Assembly: GCF_018350175.1 (NCBI RefSeq)
Contig: NC_058368.1
Coordinates: 35,466,001 to 35,530,000 of the forward strand
Source of the DNA: Felis catus
Lineage: Eukaryota
Direction of reading: 5' to 3'
Length of the DNA: 64,000 bases
The position numbers were made by a program, and so were the translations under genes. Each line of letters begins with the position of its first letter. Position 1 is the stretch's first letter. The notes below the pieces were generated by a model, which was not told where the DNA came from, did no database searches, and saw nothing but the letters and a program-made list of their open reading frames with translations. Shown here piece by piece: positions 24,793 to 37,715 of the stretch.

Positions 24793-27224
24793 CAACATAG
24801 TAGTAGGCCAACTACATGCATGGAATTTTTGAAAAACAGGAATTTAAGTTCACTTTCATGATCAGGGTTTTCAATTATTGTAGATTATTTTACATCCTCC
24901 CATTCTTAGTTGTAGGCAGGTATTACTGCTAATATTGAATCATTTGCCTGAAGCAACATAGTAAAAAAGATTATTGCCCTGAAGCTAAGTTGAAACAAAT
25001 TCTCTCTCCTGAAGAATTTCTGAAGTTTCTAGTTGCCATAAGGTACTTAGGCTTTCAGGTGTTTTTCTTCTCTTTCTTTGTTTTGTTTAAATGATTCATA
25101 GAAGTTTTCCAGTGCAGATGAGGTGGTATTGTTTCCTGTTATTGAGGTGGGATGTGAAATGATTTCTCTCTCTCTCTCTCTCTCTCTTTTTTAATAAATG
25201 TTTGTAAGTTTTTAATGTGGATTAAACTCCCTCAATATTTTTATGGAGAAAAAATTAAAGAAGTTATTAACATTGGAAAATAGGCTATCTCGATTACACA
25301 GTTACTTTTTCCCAATGGTTTTCTTAATATTTATGTATTAACATCATAATGACTCAATACAATTTATACAATATGGAGCCATTATTGTGAAAAAAAAGAC
25401 CCATTAAAATAATATCTCCATCCTACAGACAGACCCAAAACATCCTAATGGCTCAGGGGGAGCCAAATGCGGGATTACATGATAGTCCAGAAGCTATGTC
25501 ATGGTCTACCAGGCCAGGTAAGTAATACACATTTTGCAGAAGAGCCAAGTAAATAGTTACAGAAACAGGAAAGTCTCTGTAGAGCAAATGTGCACTCAGG
25601 CAATTATTAAAATATGGATTATGGAAGATTCTCTTTTCTCCTTTTCTCTAGGCTTACCCTTTTAATAAGAACAAAAGTAAATCAAACGTGTGTGCAGAAA
25701 GACACAGAATATATTCTAATAACTTCAGGGACTCTGTTTTAATCGACTAAAGGGATATACTTCAGAGTGGAGAAATGACATCTTGAGACCCCTTCATTCT
25801 ATCTGGGTGTTACAGCTGATATGGGCCTGTGTCAAGCAAGCTTAAGAACAATACGTGTTATTCTGATGCCTGGATATTATAGGTGCAGCAATAACTAGCT
25901 TGCAGAGCTTCAAAGAGCAGAAACGATTTCAACCTTAATAACCCCTGTGGCATTTTTCAATTTTCCAGGCTGCCAGTCAAATGAATGCATGTCTGGGAAG
26001 GAGAGGAGACAAGAAAGGGAAAAGATTAACCTCTGAGATCCATGATATACACTCCATTGGCTAAAATTGGTCATATGTTAGAAAACAAACATGGGTAGGG
26101 ATAGCCGTCTCCAAACAGTGAGTGCAAATGTTAGAACAAAGATTCCAGGAGAGAAATGGATCTTCAGGGTTGCCTGACTGAAATAATCTTGGAATGTTAA
26201 TCATTCTTAGTTTCTCCTTCCTCTAGGTTGAAAGTAAACTATCAGTCACCTGATCTTCAAACCAATTAGCTCAAGAATGGTTCTTCACAAACCTGCAGTG
26301 TCTTTTCAAATGAGAAAGGCTTGCAGAAAACTCAGACCTGCCACTGCCTAATCTGCTGGGTCTCAACTGAAGTGAGCAAACAACTCTTGCTAGGGCACCT
26401 TCCTCCTACACGCTGCAGCCCTTCCCCGGGCTTCCTTTATCTATTGGGAAATTAGAAACTTTCCCCCAGGAGGGGAAGAACTCCTAATTAAGGATGACTC
26501 TAAGAAAGCTAAGATTACTTCTATTGCCAAAAGGGGAAAATACAAATTATAGGCAGGATGAATATGCTCAAGAAAAGAAGCCATTGTGCCAATGACTCAC
26601 CACATCTTGACTTGTTTCTTGCACTTCCAGGTATCAAACGCTTTCAAGTTTTCTTTTAAAGCATTCTTGGACCTCTGCTTTTCCCTCAGTGTTCCTCCCT
26701 AAACCTTTGCACAAGCCCTGGGTGTTCCAAATGTAAGACAAGAAATCACTCATTTCTGGAATAAGTAAGGGTCCTTGAAAGTAAGAGGGGAAACTATGAG
26801 GGAAAGTCTATTGATTCTGTCAGAAATCAGCAGTCCAGCCCTTGCGTTTTGGACAGGGTCACCATGGTATTGCCAAGGGGCTGCTTAACCCAATCTGATC
26901 TTTTTTCATTAATTCATCGATTTACCTATTCATTTATTCATTCAATAAATGTGTCATGCAGATATTACGTGCAGAATTCTATGATCGACATTAAAGACAA
27001 ATAAAAGGCAAATGCACTCCAAAAAATATATGTTGCCAAGAAGAGTCAGGCTCACCTTAGTTTAACTCATTTCTTGTCTGATTAACTGCAAAAGCATCCC
27101 ACCCAAGTATCTCCCTAACCCACTCTCCACACCTACCCCAGACTAGTGATATGTTCAAATGCAGTTCTGTTGTGACAACTATTACAGCTTTCCCCTTACT
27201 ACAAGATGAAGCCCAACATTCTTT

Positions 27225-27444
27225 TAATATAGGATTTAAAAAAAATTTTTTTAAGGTTTATTTACTTTAGAGAGAGACAGAGAGCAAGCAGGGGAGGGCA
27301 GAGATAGAGGGACACACAGAATCTGAAGCAGTCTCCAGGCACTGAGCTGTCAGCACAGAGCCTAACAGAGGGCTCGAACTCACAAACCACAAGATCATGA
27401 GCTGAAGTCAGACACTTAACTGATGGAGCTGCCCAGGCATCCCT
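27225..27444 (-). mobile_element. SINEC
   Basis: Reverse SINEC body. TSD gaagcccaacattctt/gaagaccaacattttt. Confidence 0.95.
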
Positions 27445-27564
27445 GAAGACCAACATTTTTAAGATGGTGTACAAGATGCCTGAGAATCTTGGTCTGGTCT
27501 TAATTTTACACCCTTATCTTGCACCCTTCTTCCTTTATGCACTGAACTTTTTCATTCTGGCCTT

Positions 27565-28062
27565 ATTTTTTTTAATAAATCTTTAATTTGGAATAATCTT
27601 AGATTTGCATAAAAGTTGCATAGATAATAGAGAGTTCTTATATACTGCTCATTCAGTTTCAGTTTCCCCTAATGTTACCATCATCCATTACTGCAATGTT
27701 TGTCAAACTTAGAAACCGTTAACATTAAATTATTCTTTTTTAAAAATGCTTATTTATTTTTGAGAGAGAGAGAGAGAGAGAGCAAGAGTGAATGGGGGAG
27801 GGTCAGAGAAAGAGAGGGAGACAGAATCCAAAGCAGGCTCCAGGCTCTAGGCTGTTAGCACAGAGCCCGACATGGGGCTTAAACCCATGGACGGCAAGAT
27901 CATGACCTGAGCTGAAGTCGAATATTTAACTACTGAGCCACCCAGGTACCCCAAAAGCCATTAACATTAACATGAGTACATTCTTATTAACTAAACTCCA
28001 TTCGTTGTTCAGATTTCACCATTTTTTTCCTTTAATGTCCTGGTTCTCTTTCTGAATCCAGC
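27565..28062 (-). mobile_element. L1MC-like 3' end fragment
   Basis: ttggaataatcttagatttgcataaaagttgca..gtttcccctaatgttacc..ttattaactaaactcca..cagatttcacc. Confidence 0.75.
27730..27952 (-). mobile_element. SINEC inside L1MC
   Basis: Reverse SINEC ending ctgagccacccaggtacccc. TSD aaaccgttaacattaa/aagccattaacattaa. Confidence 0.95.
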
Positions 28063-28217
28063 CACCCTGGCCTTCTTTTTAACTTTGTATCCCATTATGC
28101 AGTCCTTATATATTCCACTGCATTGCTTAAAACAGGGTCTTTTACCCTCACTCCTTGCTCTGGCCCTCTTTGGTATGTGGTTCAAATCTGAGCTCAAAAG
28201 CTCAGCCCCACTTTCTT

Positions 28218-28405
28218 GGGGCACCTAGGTAGCTCAGTAACTTAAGTGTCCAACTCTTGATTTCATCTCAGGTCCTGAGATATAGACTGCATTGAGCTCC
28301 ACAAGCTGGGCATGGAGGCTACTTAAGATTCTCTCTCTCCCTTCTCCCTCTGCCCCTCCCCTGTTTGCTTGCTCTCTCTTGTTCTCTCTCTCTCTTAAAA
28401 AAAAA
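28218..28405 (+). mobile_element. Older SINEC subfamily
   Basis: ggggcacctaggtagctcag..cttaagattctctctctcccttctccctctgcc..A tail. TSD cactttct. Confidence 0.88.
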
Positions 28406-29747
28406 GTCACTTTCTCATAGGAGCCTCTCTGAAGTCTGAGTCTAAGGCTGGTTTCTGTGTGATAAGCCTTCATACAATCACTCCTTTGTAGCACTTTCTT
28501 CAATCTATCATTATACCCTCCTTAATTATTTAATTCCAACCCTATTTGCAACGACACTCTAAGGGCCATGACGGTATAAGGCCTGTCTGTTTTTCCTAAT
28601 CATTGTACCCCCAAGATTTAGTATGTTGTGTGGCACATAGTAGGTACTCAAAAAATGTATTAAATTAATCAACAAATGAAGAATAAGGAAAGAGATAAAT
28701 TAAGTGATAACGGGAAAAACACATCATAGAACATCAAAATGAGTGATACAGACAATATAGACAATCACAGGACTTCAAAAGAGAAAAAGATCAAAGTGAG
28801 AGATAGAATTATGGAAAGACTTCATGGCAATAGAGAGTGGCATTTTACCTGGATCTTTTATTCATGCAATTAACAATTATTGAGCACCTACTAAGTGTCA
28901 AGCCCTTAAAGTGGTTTTTTTTTTTTTTCATTTTAAGCAAGGAAGTGATATGATCAATGTGACACGTAAAAATAATGTAGCAATATGGAGAGTGGATTGG
29001 AGCAGAAAGAACCTAAAAATTGAAAGAAAAAAAAAAACAGATAATAATCCACCTAAGAAATACTAGGACTTGAACCAAAGGAAATATTGAGGAGGAGGAT
29101 TCAACAAGGACTTGTAGATAACAAAGAATAGAATAAGAAATAAGAAATTCTCAGTAGGTGAGATGGCAACAAGAACAAGTTATAAGTTAAAAATTAGCAT
29201 GGACACTTGGAATACAGTGAAAATACTTCCAGGTTGAGGTCAAGGTCTCATGATGGAAGTAGTAGAATAGCAACTTGGGTAGATAAGTTCTGCTTTGAAA
29301 AGTCAAGGAGATTGGATTTTATTATACTAGTAATGAGCCATTAAGCAATAATGACATGATGAAAGTGAAATATAGAATGAAGAGAATTTAGACAAAGAAA
29401 GGTGCATTGGAGAGGCTGCTGAAGCAATCTAAGCACCTGCTAAACATTAGAAACATAGAGGAAGTGGCATATCTACAACACTTTTGAAAAGATTGATTTA
29501 TAAGTGCCCAATCAGTATCCAATGTAGTATCTCGTACAGATACTTTGTCCTCAATAGTTTTTAGTTGACTTACTCTTTGTTATGGAGAAAACATCCTAGA
29601 AGGCTAGTATATTTTGAATATCCATAAATATTCATTCAAAAACCTTTATATGACAAGTATGTAGAGCATACCAAAAAATTGTACACACATGGTCTTCTTT
29701 TTTTCACTTTTTCAGCTTTCAGGAGAAATGAATATATGTGACATACT

Positions 29748-30287
29748 TGATGGTCATCATCCTCCAAGATGGCCCCAGGGATGTCTGCTCCCCCGGCATT
29801 CCTACACCATGTAGTCCCTCCCACGTTGTATGAAGGTTTGTCTGTGATACCAGGGGCATAGAGAAGAAGTGATGGTTTATCATCGCCCCAAGTACATTAT
29901 ATAGCATGTTCTGTTTTGGCTTTCTCTCAGATCACTCATTCCGTGGAAAGCCAGCTGCTATGTCTTGAGGTCATTCATGCCACCTATGAAGAGACACATG
30001 CGGTGAAGAAGACAGACCTCTGGACAACAACCAGTGAGGAACTGACGCCTGCCAACAACCACATGAGTGAGCTTTGAAACGGATTTTCTACCCCCAGTCA
30101 AGGCTTGATGTGACTGCAGCTGTTAGGACAGCTTGACTGCAGCCTAGGAGACCATGAGTTAGAACCACCCAGCTACAGCACTTCCCATTTCCTGTGCCTT
30201 AGAAACTGTGAGAGACAATAAATGTTTGTTGTTTCAAACTGCTTACCTTTGGGGTAATTTGTTACTGAGCAATGGGTAACTATAACA
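29748..30287 (+). mobile_element. MaLR LTR (MLT1F-like)
   Basis: caagatggcccc start, gccaacaaccacatgagtgagctt, end aataaatgtttgttgtttcaa..ggggtaatttgttac..taactataaca. Confidence 0.88.
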
Positions 30288-30707
30288 CCCTCATGTGATT
30301 AAACATTGAAAACTACCCAAAAAATCATGGTTCCTTCTCTATCCTAGCTGCTAAGAAATACAAGCTAAGTATTATTCTTAATTTTAGTTGCCTTTCTCAA
30401 TCTGTAGTTGTTGACTTTTCCTCTTTGTCGATCCCTTTATATTTTGGTTCCCATCCTTTACCTTCTTCCCACTAATTTCGGTTTTATTTTACCTACTCAT
30501 TGTTGTAAAGCTTTTTTGGAAATAGATGCAGGATAAAACCACTAAGTAAAGATAGTAGGCATTAGATAGGAGCCCATCCACCATCAGAGAAACCATAATC
30601 CCCTTGGAATGAAAAGAGAGTGAGTCATAGGACACAGTCTATTACTAGTATTTAACCACATAAAGGTTGCTAATAGAATTCAAAGAAAAGGAATACCAGA
30701 AGAGTTG

Positions 30708-31155
30708 TGTTTTAAGTCAATTTTCCCAGAAGCCGACCTTGAGATAAGATTTGCATTATGAAAATACTCTCAAAATGAACTGCTGAGGGAATGAGGAAAG
30801 TGGGACAGGGAAGGGGCAGAAGCCAAGCCAGGGTAATATTTCAAAGTCTCACAGATGATGGTTTCAACCTGATCCTGCATCAGAAGTCTGGAATGCACTG
30901 AGGCAGAGGAGATGAGCTTCCGTACTTCTACACCAGTCACCCATTGGCCACAGGCCTCTGTAGGATACATAAGTGCCCAGGCACTCCAGCTGTCTATAGG
31001 GCCTCTTGAACATTCAGGCCAAGTGGTTACAGTAGCCCGAGGAAAGTCCTCCAAAGAAAAAAGGTGACTGTGGTCAGAAGGAGGAGCACAGTGAAAACAA
31101 GGAGAACACACAGAAATTGTAAAGAGATGTGAGGCCATCTGCAAAGTTCTGCTCC
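30708..31155 (-). mobile_element. ERVL LTR16-like solo LTR
   Basis: ttcccagaagccgaccttgagataagatttgca is the reverse of LTR16 U5. Confidence 0.75.
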
Positions 31156-32387
31156 GTTAGAGAAACTTCCATTCAAGGAGATGGCTCTTCACCTGTACTG
31201 ACCCTTACCAGACTGGGTAAATTAGGATAGACATGAAGGAGAAAGTATTTTAAAGAATTTACATGAGAGAACTAACCAATTACAAAATGAGCAGAACCTC
31301 TCAGGCACTCTAGAATGATTTGGTATTATAACTTAGACTCTTAATTCTGTTTCTAATCCCAAGGAGGGATCTTGAACCCATCTCTTATTTAACTTATTAA
31401 TTCACAATCATTTGTCTTTAGAAAAGAGGTAGCGAGAGGTTAAAAACAAAAAATCTCATGCTTCTTTCAAGCCTTAGCAATGCTATTTTTTATCCATTCC
31501 AGTTCTAAAATATAAATACAGCATAAAACCCTGAGCTCAACCTTGAGTAAAAAGAACGCCTGGTGGAAGAGGATGAGGCCACACAAGTGTTTTAAGACTC
31601 TCTCTTCTATTATTGCTCCCAGTTTGCTAAAATTTGGAAACCATTTCAAATACAAGCCATTTAATAATGTCTCTCTTTCTCTCCCTCTCTTTCTCATCTG
31701 CCCCCCCCCTTTTTTTTAATTTATCACTGACAATCCTAGTGCTTTAATAATTTTTCCTCCTATATACGCTTTAGGACATAATCTAACTTTATCTGGAGTT
31801 GAGCATAAGAGCATAAATCATTAAGTCCCTGCTTGCCCGATCAAGAGCCTATCTTTCAGAAAAATCAGGCGTCCAGGAACGGCCATTTAGAGAAGCTCTA
31901 TTTTCTGGCCCTCCATCAGGGTTGCAGACATCTCTCCCCAAGGATTCATCAACCGCCAAACAAAGAGGAAGGCAGGTCAATGACACCAAAATCTGCACCT
32001 TCAGCAGCTTCAGAAGTCTCTGACTAGAAAAAATAAAATAAAGAAAGAAAGAGAGAGAGAGAGAATGGGAAAATAAAAAACCATACAATCTCAAAGGAAC
32101 TTTAACAAATGGTCTCGGAATTCATAGGTTACATCCTGGAAAGGAGACTTTCAAAACCCTTAACAAGCAAGTTTCTGGTGCTATAATGATGGGCTACCAA
32201 CCAGCCTAGATAGATACCAGTCATTATTGTTTTATTAGCTAGAGTCCAGTTTTGTGTGCTATTCTATCATTTTGACAAAGGGGCTTCTTCATGATACGTC
32301 TTATAATGTTATCATGACTTCAATGTATATAAACCATACTGAAAGATTCACATGTATAGAATGTAGGCACTGACTTCCAGTTGAATC

Positions 32388-32602
32388 TTTCTTTCTTTCT
32401 TTCTTTCTTTCTTATGTTTTCTTTATTTCTGAGGGAGAGAGAGCATGAGTGGAAAACGGGCAGAGAGAGAGGGGGACAGAGGATCTGAAGTGGGCTCTGT
32501 GCTGACAGCAGTGAGCATGATGTGGGGCTCGAACTCACAAATCGCGAGATCATGACTAAGCTGAAGTCGGACACTCAACCAACTGAGCCACTCAGGTGCC
32601 CC
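32388..32602 (-). mobile_element. SINEC with (TTTC)n tail
   Basis: Reverse SINEC ending aactgagccactcaggtgcccc. Confidence 0.95.
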
Positions 32603-32689
32603 TTGATTATTCCTCTTTCAATTTGTCCTCAGATACCCTTGTACTTTGGCAAAACCAATTTATACCACAAAAATGATAGAATTCCAACC

Positions 32690-32850
32690 CAAAACAGGAA
32701 CCATTGCTTTGAAGAGGATTGCTCATCTCATAGGTGAGAAAGCTGAGAATCAGAGAGGTTTAATAAACTGCTTAAGGCCACACAAAGCCTATAGTAGAAG
32801 CTCAGATACCTGTCTCTCTATCCAAAGCTTTTCCAGTTATATCACAGTTT
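32690..32850 (-). mobile_element. MIR SINE
   Basis: ataggtgagaaagctgagaatcagagaggtttaataaactgcttaaggccacac. Confidence 0.7.
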
Positions 32851-32894
32851 GTCTGAAAAGGTTAGAGACATATTTAAACTCCAAAGTGGTGGTG

Positions 32895-33322
32895 TGTAAG
32901 ATTTGAAGATTCTTTTCAGGACAAGACACAACCCACTGAAACTCAGAGAGATGAAAGGCAAAACTCTATTACTTCAACTCCAAGTGAGAGAAGGCTGCCA
33001 GGCAGGGCCACATAAGTGATTGGACCAAGTAAAGTCAGGCTGGAGACGGAGGATGCGGCTTAAGTAACGCAGGTAGGTTGGGGTTAGCTAGGTTTTTTGC
33101 GCCTCCTATGGATCGGATCATTTGAATAATTCCTCAGTTCTGAGGGTATGGGTGTTCCCTTGTTGTTTGGTGTCTGGTCCGCAATTAGGGTGGATGCAGA
33201 GTAGGCCTGGAGGGTGGGAGATCCATAAGGGAAAGGTGAAGATGTTGGCCTTACCTAGTTGTTTTTCTTTGAGAACAGAAACTGACCAGCCTTCAACCGT
33301 AGCCTGAAGACAAACAACAACA
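32895..33322 (-). mobile_element. MER74-like ERVL LTR
   Basis: agaaggctgccaggcagggccaca..ttagctaggttt..tttgaataatt..aactgaccagcct match recalled MER74 motifs. Confidence 0.7.
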
Positions 33323-33424
33323 TCTCCAAAAATTTGTATTACAAGTGGTTATGAATAAAGTGTTAGCCCTAGGCTAAACCACACATACCCGGAGAAGCAG
33401 CTGTGAAGAAAAAATAAATTAAAC

Positions 33425-33605
33425 AATACCATTAAGAATCAAAAGACCTGAGGTGGAGTCCCTCTGCCACTCATTTGCTATGTGACTTTAGGCAAGTTAT
33501 CTAACTTCCTCTGTACCTCAGGCTTTTCATCTCTGCATTGAGATTTCACATAACTTACCTCACTGGGTTATTGTGGAGGATAAACTTAATAAGGTGTATT
33601 TAACA
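33425..33605 (+). mobile_element. MIR SINE
   Basis: ctctgccactcatttgctatgtgactttaggcaagttatctaacttcctctgtacctcag. Confidence 0.85.
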
Positions 33606-34999
33606 AATACATGTATTTTGTGTGTTTACATAAAACACAAGGAATTTTTGTCCTAATCACGGGCCCCGTACAAATGTAAGGATATCCAAAACATTTTTAA
33701 AGGACCACATTCTTATCACTACATATATGTACAAGCCTTCTCTCGGGGAGTGTCTTTTTACCAACAAATAGACAGAGCTATAAATTGTGGATTCTTGATA
33801 TAATAGATCAAGATAGTCCTTCCAATCTGTTATGTTCTATTGCCTCAATATAATAAACTGCCAAGACAATATCATGCATCATATTAGTAGCAGATTATTC
33901 AGTGAAACTCCCAAGGAACAGAACTCACGGCTCACAGACACTAGCTTTCATCCTTTGTTATCTCATTCTTCTTTAGAGAGTCCTGAGTTTTACAGAGTAA
34001 GAAAAACCTTAACTTACAATAATCAGAAAAAAAGATATGACTCATGAAAACAATACAAATTTTTGGAAACACAAAACTTTAAAATTATCAGGGGTAACAG
34101 CAAGATAAAAATAAATCATTTTGGACTTAGAAGAACTATTTTTGGGGAAAAGATTTATAAGGAAGATCAAGGTAGGGGAGTGTGGATATAAAACATTCAG
34201 AATTCTTTTCCAGACATTCAGAATTACAATGATACTCAGTTCATTTTTCTCAGGAATCACAGATGTTTTGATACTAATAAAAGTGACTCCGATTGGGCTC
34301 ACCATGGATTCTTTCCCATTCTTCCCTCATCAGAAGTGGGTAGTAGGGAAGGAAAAGACCTATTAGTTATAACCCTTACCTTCTCTCAAAAGAACTTTCT
34401 GAGAAGAACTCAAAAGTTTCTAAGAGATTAAGGTGTTGTGTTTTCTTTTGTCTTGTTTTGCTTTTTATCCTTTTGCCACAAAAATAAGATACGGGTAAAT
34501 TATTCAGCTATATATTTTTTTCAAAGCATTATAGCATATACTTTTAAAATGCTTACAAAAAAAAAAAAATGGTTTGCAGAGTTCAGTTCCAGAAGAGTAT
34601 CACATATAATGAAGCCCAGCCCAAACAAAAATTTCCAATTGTTACTTACGAATCCTGGGTATCTAAGGACATCCACTAAAAATACATAAAAGCTCTCATA
34701 ATGTGTTTTCTCATCTACTCTGTAACCTTGAAACCTGTGGGAGTCCCTTACTATCATAGTCTGAGTGGATCTAATCTCTTACCACTAACCTGTCTTCCAA
34801 GAACTCCCTATATCGGTGGCAAGAACTAGGCCCACATATCCACCACAAATCAGTCACTAATGAGCGGAATGAGACCACAATACGTGGCTTAGACAAATCA
34901 GGAGTTATTGCTGAATCACGTGAAAAAGCACTGGACACATCAAGTTCTAAAATGCCATTGGGTAGGAACCCAGAAAGGTCTGTTAGCACTACCATTTCT

Positions 35000-35215
35000 T
35001 GAGTACGGCATGTAGTATCTTAAATACAATATCTTATTTAGTTCTCAAATGCCCATGGGGTATTCATTACTATCCTCATTTTACATTTGAGAAAACAGTT
35101 GCAGAAAGGATCAATAACATTTCCAATGGATCAGTAATATGCTCGACGTCACGCCACTTTTTTTAGCGGAACCAGAAACCATAGCTAGGTTTGTCTGATA
35201 CCAAAACCTTTGCAG
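35000..35215 (-). mobile_element. MIR SINE
   Basis: attactatcctcattttacatttgagaaaacagttgcagaaagg. Confidence 0.6.
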
Positions 35216-35597
35216 TTACCCAGTGTGTTGAACTTTGAAGTAAAAGCTTCAGCAGCTATCATTTCTGTTGGATCATCATAATGAGCTGTTGTTGAATCAT
35301 CCATGTGTTTTCCTTGGACGTTCTTGGCAAATAACAGAGGAAAGATACTGAGCTTAAGATTCTTTCTAGTTATCCCAAAACCCACACAGTCAGATTCACC
35401 TGTGTGGAGATTACTCAACAAAATGGCCATACGGAAAAAGAGAGAGAACCAGAGGACTGCCACGAAGTGCTAGGAACAATGGAGTTATTAGGAGGAGATA
35501 GCAAAATATCATTGATTCACTGGAGAAAATGTTCCCGTTCTGATCCTCACATGCTGATACTACAGATGGACCCAGCTTAGCTGAGGCACGCTCTGTG

Positions 35598-35980
35598 CTT
35601 CAGCTGTTTACTTAAGCAGCACCGGGGTTCTCAGAAATAGTTGCTATGCCAACCAGCCCTAGGACTATATATACATTCATGACCGGGGCTTATTCTTAGG
35701 GCTTTGTTACCTCTCTTTCAAAAGTTTGAATCTCCTATTGCTAAACTGCTTGCATTCAAGCATCACAGCCTCCGAGAGGCAGCTTCCTTTTCCCGAGCAG
35801 GTGACAAACTCAAGTGGAGGTTTGCAGCCTAGGTTGAGCCACCCTTTGACGTCACAGTTTTATAGTCGGGGACCAGACTGCTCTATTTGCCCAGACCTCT
35901 GAAGATTCGGTGTTTAAATGATAAAGGGCAGTACCTTTTGTCATCTACTATTAACTGTCACCTGTTCACGTGACCACAGA
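35598..35980. promoter_or_regulatory. Candidate enhancer/promoter (motif cluster in unique DNA)
   Basis: CAGCTG, TGTTTAC, TTCTCAGAA, GTTGCTATGCCAAC, TGACGTCA and TCACGTGACC within 380 bp. Motif evidence only. Confidence 0.45.
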
Positions 35981-37487
35981 AGTTCTCAGAGGAGAAATAA
36001 AGCAAGCTTTTGAGGTGCCATGATTATCGTGCTTTTTCCATTTCTTTACCGCATTTTTAATGGCACACATTTCAGAATAGTGTCAGCCAACAAATTTGGC
36101 CAATCAATCCACCTCAAGTCTCTGGCTAGAGCTGCATTTAAATAAACCTGTAATGTTGAAAGCTGAATAGAGAAAGCTCTTTAATTACCTTTTCTCCTGT
36201 TTCTGTTACTTTGATGGCTTTTGTTCAAACACGTCTGAGTTTTCAGTCTGTTTATTTTATAATTATTGGATGATTACATGCAGCACTGCCGTTTCCATTA
36301 GATTTCGATGGCTGATAAAACCATTGTTGACAGGGAGCGCGCAAATGAACTTGGGGAAACCAGATTAGTAATGTTTGTGTTGCTGCATTTAAATAAAATG
36401 AAATGTCCTGGTAGCAGTGTGATCAAATCTGAAAATTTTGTTATAAAGAAAGAAAAAGCAGCTCTGTGAGAAATCAGGTTTTCAACAGAGAAGCTGTTTC
36501 CTGTTGAGACATCATTTTAAATCCTCAAGTGTGCAGCCATTTCTCCTTCAAACAGATTATAAAACCACAAAACAATCATATAATCTCTTCTAACAAGAGG
36601 TTTACAGCTAGACAGATTGCTTTAAAGGAGAAAGAAGTAAAAAGGAAGTCAAGATCTAAATACTGATAATACATGCTAAATCCATTTGAATTGATAAGGT
36701 AGAGGAAGCATGGTGATAAAGCTTAAGGGGTTAAGACTTTACGTTCACCCAAAGATCAATACCTAGGGAAGAAGAAAACTTGGAAACGTTTCCATCCCCA
36801 ATTAACAACTAAAATCTACATGGCAGATGAGGCAAAGCAGAAACAGACAGGCTATTTCCCCAGAAACAGACCCTGCTCAAGCAGGGCTCAGGCTCGCTTT
36901 GTTATCGATGTAACAACCGTGCGAATGACAATCTTTAAGTGCTAAAATATTTGCAAAAAGGAATGAAAATCTGCTGTTTCTCTCAAGTCATTAAAGCAAA
37001 GCCAGAGAGTTGAAACAAAACAGAACCGCATATGGTTGGCCAAACTGAACAGAAACTAACATCCACGCAGGGCACCTTAGCAGCCATGCTCCGTGGTTGG
37101 TGCTGTGCCACCACGACCCCTAAACTGCCAGTTTGGAACATGTCACCCATATAGCTGGTCAAGGACAGAGCTGGGATAAGGACCCAATGCCTCTGCTTTT
37201 GGCCATTTGGCAATGGCAGGCTATCTAGTTTGATTTCGTCTTGTACAACATTCACTTATTGCATCAGTCTACTGTTTCCTGCTTCTTACATTTTCATTCA
37301 GCAGAATCCAGGATCTGACCTCTTCACCATGAAAGCTCAGCCAGGGCTGGAAGTGAGTGAACAGCACCACCTACCACCTACATGTTCACCTGGCCTGATG
37401 TTAAATGTCTTGGAGAACAAAACCTAGAATGGTTAACTACACTTCTGACCATTCATTGAGATGATTTGAAATAATAGAATAACTCCA

Positions 37488-37715
37488 GCTAATAACTACA
37501 GAGTGCTTTCTATATGCCAGGCCCTTTTCTAAGATTATTATTGTATAGATAGCTCATTTAATCATCTCAACAACCTGGAAAGTTAAGTACTCTTATTTCC
37601 ATCCTCCCTTTCTTACAGATAAGGAGCAAAGGGGCAGACAAATCTCTCAGCTACTAAGTTCAAAGAGCCAGATTCTGACCTAGGCAATCTTGCACCAGAG
37701 TCCACACTCCTACCT
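37488..37715 (-). mobile_element. MIR SINE
   Basis: gagtgctttctatatgccaggc..ctcatttaatcatctcaacaacc..ttacagataaggag. Confidence 0.8.

Larger units (their letters stand above)
27050..28690 (+). mobile_element. L2 LINE 3' region hosting nested L1MC and SINEC insertions
   Basis: Terminal ggcacatagtaggtactcaaaaaatgtattaaattaat is the L2 tail; pyrimidine-rich L2 pieces lie between the insertions. Confidence 0.65.

Noticed and set aside
30770..31144. 124-aa ORF on -
   Set aside because: Lies wholly within an LTR16-like LTR.
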